From IMG/VR virus record IMGVR_UViG_3300038530_002790, positions 1-32,478 of that record: 32,478 bases of DNA, one strand, 5' to 3'. Source of the stretch: a virus. Its lineage: Duplodnaviria > Caudoviricetes. The notes under the pieces were generated by a model. The model saw only the letters and a list, made by a program, of their open reading frames with translations. It made no database searches and had not been told where the DNA came from. Each line of letters starts with the position of its first letter. The stretch's first letter is position 1. This document shows positions 24,933-32,478 of the stretch, piece by piece. Position numbers and translations under genes: made by a program.

Positions 24933-26399
24933 ATGGCTGAACCCATCATGAACACCAAGCTGGATCTGTCTGATGCTGAATCTGCGCGCAAAGCCTTGCA
25001 CGATATTCATTCAGCACAGAAGGATCTGAAACGACAAAACCGGAACCTGAAAGAAGGAATGGAGCGCAAAGCAGCTGATCTGCGCAAGATCTCCAAGCGT
25101 CTGTCAGAACTCGAAGAACGGAAGACTTCTGCTGCATCTGGTAGCAATGCTGATCTGAAGAAGTATGTGCGTGAAGACGGTTCTGTGCGTTCCACGGGTG
25201 AAGCAACAAGCACCAAGTCCTACATGCCTGGACTTCTGGACGATGCTCCCGTCTGTGATTGGCAACATGAACTGCAGAAGGCTGTGGAACAGTACACCAT
25301 GGTGAAGACTCTTTCACCGAAAGGTGCACCAAAGAGTCTTGCCAAGGTGCAAGAGATTGCATCCAAGGCACCTGTTGAAGTGCAGCGTATCTTCACGGAT
25401 GCAAGCACTGTGGGAACCGAATTCATTCCACAACCACTGCTTCCAGAATTTGAACGGAATCTGCAAAGTGCTCGACGACTCGCAGCAGCTTTCGACACCA
25501 TGGATCTTCCATCGAAGACCACACTGCTTCCGTTCCTTTCAACTGGATTCCGACCATACATCAAAGCACAAGCAGCTGCAGATGATCCTGCACAGTACAC
25601 CAGCAGCAGCATGGTGACTGCACAGCGCACCATTACTGCAACTGGCTTTGCAGTGCGTGCACAGGTAGCTGACGACGCTGAAGAAGACAGTTTGGTTGCA
25701 GTGCTTCCCACGATCCGCGCAGAACTTCTGTCTGCTTTGGTCGATGGCGAAGAAGACGCAATTTTGAATGGCTCGACGGGTACCCACCCCGATAGTGCAT
25801 TGGCAAGCTGGAACATCCGTGGACGATGGGGGGCATCTGGTCTCGGTGGATCTGCTGATCACCGCCGTGCATGGGATGGTTTGCGTAAGCATGCAATCAA
25901 TGCATCATTTGCAAACAATGCGACAAACCGTGCAACATTCAGCGCTTCCACTCTTCTTGCAGATCTTGCAAAGCTGGATGCGCCACATGGCACCACAGGG
26001 TCGGCGATCATCATCACATCACCAGAAGCATATCTTCTGGAGCTGGCGAACATGGAACAAGTTCTGACCATGGAGAAATTCCCACAGCCCACCATTGTGG
26101 ATCGCAACCAACTTGCACAAGTCTTCGGATGTCCAATCATCCTGAGTGATTTCATTGACAATGATCTTCAATCCACTGGTCTTTACACATCATCTGGTGG
26201 TGGAAAGACCATGATGCTCATCGTCAATCGCGACAGATACCGCATCGGTGCACGACGCGGAGCCACTGTGGAGGTGGACAAGGACATCACACGTGGTGTG
26301 CATTCTCTTGTCTCCACTGTCCGTGAAACCTTCTTCAGCATCGATGATGACACCAAGAAGAACATCACTGCAATGATCAACATCGACGCCACCACATAG
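24933..26399 (+). CDS. Major capsid protein (HK97 fold, N-terminal scaffold-like coiled coil)
   Basis: AGGAG RBS; follows the protease; GTEFIP, EEDAILNG and VFGCPIILSD motifs. Confidence 0.9.
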   Translation: MAEPIMNTKLDLSDAESARKALHDIHSAQKDLKRQNRNLKEGMERKAADLRKISKRLSELEERKTSAASGSNADLKKYVREDGSVRSTGEATSTKSYMPGLLDDAPVCDWQHELQKAVEQYTMVKTLSPKGAPKSLAKVQEIASKAPVEVQRIFTDASTVGTEFIPQPLLPEFERNLQSARRLAAAFDTMDLPSKTTLLPFLSTGFRPYIKAQAAADDPAQYTSSSMVTAQRTITATGFAVRAQVADDAEEDSLVAVLPTIRAELLSALVDGEEDAILNGSTGTHPDSALASWNIRGRWGASGLGGSADHRRAWDGLRKHAINASFANNATNRATFSASTLLADLAKLDAPHGTTGSAIIITSPEAYLLELANMEQVLTMEKFPQPTIVDRNQLAQVFGCPIILSDFIDNDLQSTGLYTSSGGGKTMMLIVNRDRYRIGARRGATVEVDKDITRGVHSLVSTVRETFFSIDDDTKKNITAMINIDATT

Positions 26400-26410
26400 G
26401 GAGTCACACC

Positions 26411-26794
26411 ATGTCAGTTCAAGAATCCATTTCTGTTTCGGCTTTTGTCGATACATCAGCCACAATCGACACGGGTATCTGTCACGGTCAAGCTGGAGAA
26501 TACAAGCTCGAAAGCATCACCATGGTTCCATTCGCTGCGCTCTCTGAAGACGGATCGAACAAATATGTGATTGCATTCAGTCAAGGTTCTGACAGCGTTG
26601 CTACGTCATACGACACAAGCGCGTCTGGAAATGCTCTCGCAGCGCAGACGGCCAAGTCCATCAGCGTCACAAGCACAGCTGGATCTGCGTTGGAATTTGG
26701 CGCTACAGATGTGTTGAAGGTCACAGCAACAAAGACCGGAACAGCAAATCTGAAGGTTCACGTGGTGTGCGCCTTCACCAAGGTCAGAGTCTGA
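26411..26794 (+). CDS. Putative capsid decoration protein
   Basis: 127 aa, beta-rich, directly after the major capsid gene; GGAG RBS. Confidence 0.5.
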   Translation: MSVQESISVSAFVDTSATIDTGICHGQAGEYKLESITMVPFAALSEDGSNKYVIAFSQGSDSVATSYDTSASGNALAAQTAKSISVTSTAGSALEFGATDVLKVTATKTGTANLKVHVVCAFTKVRV

Positions 26795-27066
26795 TGCCAA
26801 TCCTTGCTGTGAAATCTGATTCACCTTTGGGATCTTTTTCGGGAGGGATGCCAGAAACCAAGAAGAGGTGGTTCAAGGGAGAGCAGCGGGAGGTGTCGCA
26901 GCGCACTGCTGATTATCTTCTGAAGACGTTTGGGGATGTCTTTGAGGATGTCAGCAGTGCATCTGCTGCTGTTGGTGAGCCAGAAGTGAACAAAGCGATG
27001 AAGGCACCACCAAAGAAAAAAGCAGCACCCAAGAAGAAAGCACCCAAGAAGAAGGTCACATCATGA
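26794..27066 (+). CDS. Small protein with Lys/Ala/Pro-rich tail
   Basis: TGATG coupling; ends in KAPPKKKAAPKKKAPKKK. Confidence 0.7.
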   Translation: MPILAVKSDSPLGSFSGGMPETKKRWFKGEQREVSQRTADYLLKTFGDVFEDVSSASAAVGEPEVNKAMKAPPKKKAAPKKKAPKKKVTS

Positions 27067-27239
27067 TGTATCAAGCACTTCAATCAGGTACGTATCCAGC
27101 GGGTAATCATTGGGAAGCCGGTGAAGTGCGTGCTTTAGATGTTGCAAAAGATGCAGATCTTCCATGTTGGCTTGTTGCGGTCAAAGCACCAAAGAAGAAA
27201 GCGTCCAAGAAGGCTGAATCTGGTTCTGACGTGGGGTGA
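27063..27239 (+). CDS. 58-aa protein absent from the ORF track, with Lys-rich tail
   Basis: MMYQALQSGTYPAGNHWEAGEVRALDVAKDADLPCWLVAVKAPKKKASKKAESGSDVG. ATGA-coupled upstream and fills the gap to 27243. Confidence 0.7.
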   Translation: MMYQALQSGTYPAGNHWEAGEVRALDVAKDADLPCWLVAVKAPKKKASKKAESGSDVG

Positions 27240-27242
27240 CCA

Positions 27243-27863
27243 ATGGCTGTCATCTCAGCTGCGACTGCTCGCGATTACATCCCCACACTCAGTGGTGATG
27301 CGTCAGATTCTTTGATTGATACTTTGATCAGCAGATTTGATGCGCTTGCTGCAGCACATATGGGCTTCCCTGAACAGTCATCTGGTGCTTTGTCTATTGA
27401 AGTCGGCACCTATAATGAATATTTCGATGGCGCGATTGATGGCAAGAACGGAAGAGAATTGATGCTGACTGTGAGACCAGCAGTGTCAATCACTTCTCTC
27501 TTTGATGATCCAGATCAGCACTATGATGACACCACAGATCAGATTGCATCAGACAACTTCATTCTGTATGGGGTGGAAGGTCGTCTGGTGCTCCGAAATG
27601 ACAAAGAAGATTCAGCGTTCTCTGATGCACCACGTGCAATCCGTGTGATCTACACAGCGGGATACTCTGGTGCAACCATGCCCAAAGCCATTGAGCACGC
27701 AGCATGCTTGCAAGTTGCACACTGGTTCCAAGGGCGTGGACACATTGGGAAAACAAATGTCAGCAGCGCAGGACAGACTGCAGCACTGATGTCACTGTCA
27801 CTGCTTCCAGAAGTGAAAGAAGCACTGTCACCATATCGACTTCCCACCAGCTGGATTGGATAG
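27243..27863 (+). CDS. Head-tail connector/adaptor protein
   Basis: EYFDG, IRVIYTAGY...P.AIEHA...VAHWF..R and LPEVKEALSPYR (gp6-like). Confidence 0.85.
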   Translation: MAVISAATARDYIPTLSGDASDSLIDTLISRFDALAAAHMGFPEQSSGALSIEVGTYNEYFDGAIDGKNGRELMLTVRPAVSITSLFDDPDQHYDDTTDQIASDNFILYGVEGRLVLRNDKEDSAFSDAPRAIRVIYTAGYSGATMPKAIEHAACLQVAHWFQGRGHIGKTNVSSAGQTAALMSLSLLPEVKEALSPYRLPTSWIG

Positions 27864-28445
27864 ATGGCTGACATCACACCAAGTGATCTCGCTGAATTGA
27901 TGCGAAAGAAGTCACAAGGTGACATTCTTCGGTCTCTGAATCGATATGCAATCAGAAAGGCTGCACGGTTGGAGAAGTATGCAAAGCTGAATGCAGGACG
28001 TGTGCTGAATGTGAGAAGTGGTCGATTGCGTTCCAGCATCTCCGCAAAGCCACTTGCAGATGAGAAGGGGAATATCATCCTGACACTCCAAGCTGGTGGA
28101 CGAAAGAAGGGTGTCAGCTATGCACGCATTCATGAAGAAGGTGGGGAGATTCGACCAGTCAAAGGGAAGTTCTTGACCATTCCGATTCACAAGAGTCTCT
28201 TCACTGGTTCGGGTGTGCAGAGATATGCAAGCGTCAGAGATGTTCCAGATCCACTTGCACCAGCGCAAACCAGGAAAGGACAGATGGTGCTTGTGCATCA
28301 GATGACTGGAGAGGTCTTCTATCTGTTACGGAAAAGGGTGAAAATCGATCGCAGACCATATCTGAAGCCAGCTGTGAACAAAGTCAGACGCGAGATTGGA
28401 CGGGAGTTGAAACCGTTGCTTGGTGCGGAGTTGCGTCATGGGTAG
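27864..28445 (+). CDS. Tail-completion/neck protein (HK97 gp10-like)
   Basis: VRSGRLRSSI, YARIHEEG and RPYLKPA. Confidence 0.8.
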   Translation: MADITPSDLAELMRKKSQGDILRSLNRYAIRKAARLEKYAKLNAGRVLNVRSGRLRSSISAKPLADEKGNIILTLQAGGRKKGVSYARIHEEGGEIRPVKGKFLTIPIHKSLFTGSGVQRYASVRDVPDPLAPAQTRKGQMVLVHQMTGEVFYLLRKRVKIDRRPYLKPAVNKVRREIGRELKPLLGAELRHG

Positions 28446-28908
28446 CACAGAGAGAAACATTCTGAACAGAATCAAAAGCAATCTTCAAGGGATTGATGGA
28501 TCTGGAAGCTACAACTACAACTTCAGCACAGCTGATTCTGTGGTGATCGGATCGCGTCACATCGGATCTGCACCACGTGCTCCGGGTATATACATCAATC
28601 CACTCAGCATTCAATCAAGCAGGAATGCTGGAAGAACGCTTCTGCGCAACTATGATCGTGAGCTGACAGTTCAGATTGATGTCTTTGTTCCACGTACAGC
28701 AGAAGGTCCAGAGAATGCAGTGATGGCTGCATTGGATGCTGTCAGTGATGTGATGAAAGCAATTGAAGCAGATCCAGACGTCAACGGGATTGGACGTGAT
28801 GTGGAACTTGACGTGACAGCATATGATGGTGAACAGGTTCAGCTTCCCGGCTATGGTATTGGAACTATCCAATTATTCATTGAATATGCTGAACAGAGAG
28901 GTGCATGA
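28438..28908 (+). CDS. Putative tail terminator protein
   Basis: Size, position and alpha/beta pattern (DVMKAIEADP); GGAG RBS before ATG 28438. Confidence 0.6.
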   Translation: MGSTERNILNRIKSNLQGIDGSGSYNYNFSTADSVVIGSRHIGSAPRAPGIYINPLSIQSSRNAGRTLLRNYDRELTVQIDVFVPRTAEGPENAVMAALDAVSDVMKAIEADPDVNGIGRDVELDVTAYDGEQVQLPGYGIGTIQLFIEYAEQRGA

Positions 28909-29759
28909 TGGCATGGTTGGGAGCATCATGGTTGTATAGACACCCCATAACAATTGCGAACCATACAGACGGCAATATCTCAGGTGCGACATCTCCCGAA
29001 GTGGTTCTTCCCATACCACCAGCCATGGGACGCTTTTGGGACAATGTTTTGACCACTTTCAATGATGTCAGGATCACTGCAGCTGATGGAAGAACGCTCT
29101 TGAATTGGGCTTTCGATGGGACACCATCGCTGGACAATCGCACAATGACCATCCAGATTGATGACACCAATCACAATGTTGGAACATTGTATGGAGGTTC
29201 TAACGCTGCAGCATCTTCATCTGTTGGTGCATTCCTCTATTGGGGTAACGACACCAGCAATCTTGCATCTGGAGCGAATAACTCCACCAACATCACAGTG
29301 AACACTGCAAAGAATGGTTTGATTTCACTGGATGAACCAGGAACAGCGGACACCACATTTCTTCTGCAAGCATCAGCACCCACTGCAGATCAGCTCTATC
29401 CAGATCATCGAATCAGGAAACCTGTTGCCGATGATACCACCATATATTGGGATCTCAGCAACTGTGTGAAGCGGCTTGCACGTCCCAATGAGCGATCAAA
29501 GAGAAAAGAAGAAATAGCATATGTGAAAGCGCAAATCTTCGACCAGGATGGGAACGACACAACAGCAGCAATGACCGTGCTGAACATGATCCACATCCTC
29601 CCTGACTACATCGTTTCGATGCCAATCAAAGCAGGAGATCATGAGAAAAGATACATGATCATAATGACGTTTGCATTGGTGGATGATGCCGGTGATGTAC
29701 GTATTTTGGACCAGCGTGCTACACTGCTGGTGAAGAATCTTGCTTTGCATCCATCTTGA
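28905..29759 (+). CDS. DUF2341-like domain virion protein
   Basis: W...SW.YR.PITI.N...DVRIT..DG.TLL.W...LYWGN resembles DUF2341. Confidence 0.55.
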   Translation: MMAWLGASWLYRHPITIANHTDGNISGATSPEVVLPIPPAMGRFWDNVLTTFNDVRITAADGRTLLNWAFDGTPSLDNRTMTIQIDDTNHNVGTLYGGSNAAASSSVGAFLYWGNDTSNLASGANNSTNITVNTAKNGLISLDEPGTADTTFLLQASAPTADQLYPDHRIRKPVADDTTIYWDLSNCVKRLARPNERSKRKEEIAYVKAQIFDQDGNDTTAAMTVLNMIHILPDYIVSMPIKAGDHEKRYMIIMTFALVDDAGDVRILDQRATLLVKNLALHPS

Positions 29760-29774
29760 TATTGGAGACTAACC

Positions 29775-30773
29775 ATGCCAACTGCATCCTATTTTGGACG
29801 GAACTCATTTGTGGGAATCGGTCCTGAATCCACATATGGAACACCAGCAGCAGAAGCTGCAATCACTCGACCTATCATCAGTTGCACCATGCTGCGACAG
29901 ATTGAAAAGGTTCCACGTCCCAATCTGCGAGTTGTGGGCGTAGCTGGTCTCCGAAAATCACACTACTTGTCAAAGGACTCCTCCACAGGTGTGCTGGAGC
30001 TGGAGGCCACTTATGACAATTGCGGTTATTTTTTGAAAGCTGCACTTGGTGAAGCTGCAACATCTGCAGGTACACCCAACACCCACACATACACCATGGG
30101 AGATGTTCCAATAGAGGGGAACACACTCTTTCTGCAGCGTGGTACATCTGACAATTATGAACGGTTTGAAGGTGTAGTGGTCAACAATCTCACCTGCTCC
30201 GTTGCAGCTGGTGAGCACATGACAATGAGCATGGATCTCATTGGTGAGACAAGCACTTCTTCATCTGGAAATGCAAGACACAGCAGTCCATCACTTGTGT
30301 TCACAGATCCAACCAATGAGAATCTGGTGCTGCATCACCATGCCGGTACGCTGTCATTCAAATCGCAGAACTTCACTCTGATTGATTTCGAATATAAAAT
30401 TGAGAACGGTCTTGCAGAAAGAATGCGCCTTGGATCACTGACCACCAAGCAACCAGTTCAGTCTGACTTCAGAAGCGTGACCATGACTGTGTCTTTTGAA
30501 ACAGATGATGCAACCTATCAGAAATTCATCAGTGATGATGAAGATGATGCAATCATCACATTCAACAATGGACTGTCCAGTGGGAATGAGCGTGAAATGA
30601 AGTTTTCTCTGAACAATGCATACATTGAGTCATACACAGATGAGATCTCGGAATCTGGTCTGATTGTTGCAAGTGTGACACTGCGCGGACAAGGTGATGG
30701 GACAGCGGGTCTTGCACTTGGAACACAGATTGAAGTGAAGAATGAAGCACCAAGTGCTGTGCATTCTGGCTGA
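29775..30773 (+). CDS. Major tail tube protein
   Basis: N-terminal VGIGPESTYGT, LKAALG..THTYT and FEYKIENGL; lies before the chaperones and tape measure. Confidence 0.85.
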   Translation: MPTASYFGRNSFVGIGPESTYGTPAAEAAITRPIISCTMLRQIEKVPRPNLRVVGVAGLRKSHYLSKDSSTGVLELEATYDNCGYFLKAALGEAATSAGTPNTHTYTMGDVPIEGNTLFLQRGTSDNYERFEGVVVNNLTCSVAAGEHMTMSMDLIGETSTSSSGNARHSSPSLVFTDPTNENLVLHHHAGTLSFKSQNFTLIDFEYKIENGLAERMRLGSLTTKQPVQSDFRSVTMTVSFETDDATYQKFISDDEDDAIITFNNGLSSGNEREMKFSLNNAYIESYTDEISESGLIVASVTLRGQGDGTAGLALGTQIEVKNEAPSAVHSG

Positions 30774-30803
30774 TAATAACAATCCCAAAATTCAGGAGAT
30801 TAC

Positions 30804-31340
30804 ATGGGACAACTACTTGCAGCGATTGAGAACAGTGCGATCAAGGAGATCCACATTGGGCCAATGATATGGAGACTGAAGAAGATCTGCAGTGCGGATC
30901 TTGCAGAAGTCGGGCATGCAGCACTTGCAATGAGTCAAGGACTGGAAGGAGCATCTGGATCATCAGATGACATGACTCCAGAGCAGGTCCAAAAGCTGAT
31001 GTCTTCACAGTCTGCAGAGAAGCTGAAAACAATGGCAAGATTGAAGGATGCAGTGGTTGCAGCTGGATTGATTGCTGTTGGGAATCCAGACACCAATGAA
31101 TTTGAGAACGTGAAAGTCGTTCTGGATTCAGACAAGTCTGATGCAGAGAATGGTGTGATGTGGGTTGGATCTATTCCAAACAACATCGCCGATGAGTTGT
31201 TCACAGAATGCTTGTCCCTGGCGACTGATGGAGGTGCAGCAGTTGAGAGGCTGCAAGCCTTTCGAGAAGAATCCAGACAGTCTCTTGGTCTTGCATCAAA
31301 TAGCAAAGACCTACAACATGCATCCAGCACAGGTTCTTGA
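30804..31340 (+). CDS. Tail assembly chaperone (lambda G analogue)
   Basis: AGGAG RBS; lies between the tail tube and tape measure genes. Confidence 0.75.
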   Translation: MGQLLAAIENSAIKEIHIGPMIWRLKKICSADLAEVGHAALAMSQGLEGASGSSDDMTPEQVQKLMSSQSAEKLKTMARLKDAVVAAGLIAVGNPDTNEFENVKVVLDSDKSDAENGVMWVGSIPNNIADELFTECLSLATDGGAAVERLQAFREESRQSLGLASNSKDLQHASSTGS

Positions 31341-31470
31341 GATGTCAGTTTGGGAGATCAGTCTTGCATTCGCATGCATTCAACAAGCTGATGCAACAGC
31401 TGCACAGCTGATGAAGAGAATCAATGCTGACTCCATGCCCGTCTTCCCTGTGGTTGTATTGAAGGATTGA
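31261..31470 (+). CDS. Frameshift extension of the tail assembly chaperone (T analogue)
   Basis: Overlapping +1-frame ORF without a clear RBS or start. IAKTYNMHPAQVLEM resembles gpT-type segments, and the frame would be entered at GCC TTT CGA. Confidence 0.6.
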   Translation, partial: FEKNPDSLLVLHQIAKTYNMHPAQVLEMSVWEISLAFACIQQADATAAQLMKRINADSMPVFPVVVLKD

Positions 31471-31474
31471 TTCT

Positions 31475-32478
31475 ATGGCTGAGCAGGATGTCATCAAATA
31501 TCTTCTGAAGCTTGAAGATCAGATGTCGAAGAATCTTCAGCTGACAGGACAGCGTGCAGATGAACTTGAAGACAGCCTAACAGATCTCCGAAAAGAGAAT
31601 CAAAGAGGTGGAAAAGAAGACAAGAACAGACGCAAAAGCACTGCACAGCTTGCAAAGGGATTCACCGCTGCAGCTGCTGCAGCTGCTGCTGTTGGTGCTG
31701 CGCTTGGAACCATGGGTGGATTGGCAATCAAAACCAGTGCGAACCTTGAAAGCTTTGAGACTCGTCTTGGTGGATTGCTTGGTGGTCTGGATCAGGGGAA
31801 AGCAAGAGTCCAAGAGTTGTTTGAACTCAGTGCACGGACTCCATTCAGCATCAATGGTCTGGTAGAAGCTGAAGCCACATTGGAAGCTTTTGGAGTGAAT
31901 GCAACCCGTGTTCGCGGTGGGGTGATGGATCTCGCTGGTGCAATGGGGATGGATGTCACTGAAGCTGCGAATGCAGTTGGGAAAGCGCTTGCTGGTGGTG
32001 CAGGTGCTGCAGATCAGTTGCGGGAGAAGGGTGTTCTTGCAATGGTCGAGGTGACTGCAGGAATGTCCACAGCGGAGATGACTGCAGACCAATTCAGAGA
32101 AGCATTGGTCAAGACACTGGAAACCAATGACAAGATTGCTGGTGGGACTGCAAAGCTTGCACAAACCTTCAATGGATTATTCTCCACGCTGAAAGATCAA
32201 TTCACGGTCTTTGCGAAAGATGTTGGTGATGCAGATCTCTTTTCCACAGCAAAAGCATCACTGGTGGTGGTGCTGGAGTTGCTCGAAGAGAACAAAGAAG
32301 CGGTGAGTGGTTTTGCTGCAAGCATCGGTGGTGGTCTTGCAAAGTCCATCGTCTTTGTTGTGGATTCCTTCTTCCGCTTTGTTGCCCTTATTGAGCAGGC
32401 CAAAGTTGGATTTGGAACAATGGAGCAGATCATCAGACTTGTTGCCATAGCAATGGCCGAATTTGCACTCAGCTCCAT
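31475..32478 (+). CDS. Tail tape measure protein, N-terminal part (absent from the track; runs off the end into position 1)
   Basis: MAEQDVIKYLLKLEDQMS...ELFELSARTPFSINGL...GGTAKLAQTFNGLFSTLKD, open to the window end. Confidence 0.92.
   Translation, partial: MAEQDVIKYLLKLEDQMSKNLQLTGQRADELEDSLTDLRKENQRGGKEDKNRRKSTAQLAKGFTAAAAAAAAVGAALGTMGGLAIKTSANLESFETRLGGLLGGLDQGKARVQELFELSARTPFSINGLVEAEATLEAFGVNATRVRGGVMDLAGAMGMDVTEAANAVGKALAGGAGAADQLREKGVLAMVEVTAGMSTAEMTADQFREALVKTLETNDKIAGGTAKLAQTFNGLFSTLKDQFTVFAKDVGDADLFSTAKASLVVVLELLEENKEAVSGFAASIGGGLAKSIVFVVDSFFRFVALIEQAKVGFGTMEQIIRLVAIAMAEFALSS
32348..32478. repeat. Terminal direct repeat, right copy
   Basis: Matches 1-131 at 130 of 131 positions. 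Confidence 0.97.

Noticed and set aside
220-32478. Many long antisense or alternate-frame ORFs in the track (e.g. 21903-22646, 25220-25816, 7765-8364, 31577-32164)
   Set aside because: They shadow well-supported genes, lack RBSs and motifs, and are expected given the depletion of TAA/TAG/TTA/CTA.
1-32478. Stop-codon reassignment suggested by the rarity of TAG/TAA
   Set aside because: Genes are intact under the standard code, and TAG ends genes at sensible places (8517, 15177, 26399, 27863).

Overview
This window is an apparently complete, circularly permuted genome of a tailed dsDNA bacteriophage with a siphovirus-like layout. The unit length is 32,347 bp: positions 1-131 repeat at 32348-32478 with one synonymous mismatch, and the join falls inside the tape-measure gene. 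Gene order is: tail tip, fibre and receptor-binding genes; lysis cassette; a three-gene leftward unit led by a DNA methyltransferase; divergent sigma70-like promoters; rightward early, recombination and replication genes (Dam-like MTase, wHTH-RHH regulator, SSAP-like protein, Gp157, RusA, initiator with internal ori-like repeats, PAPS-reductase-like protein); terS; MT-A70 MTase; terL; portal fused to MuF; protease; capsid; neck; tail tube; chaperones; tape measure. I saw no integrase, CI-type repressor, tRNA, CRISPR array or reverse transcriptase. The most interesting signals are: (1) a candidate ~70-nt antisense small RNA whose 5' end is complementary to a motif at the translation starts of several early genes; (2) an MT-A70 gene bracketed exactly by a 20-bp direct repeat; (3) a probable +1 TTT-CGA frameshift in the tail chaperone; (4) a multi-domain portal-MuF fusion with an internal A10 run. 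All protein calls come from motif recognition and gene order, not from database searches.
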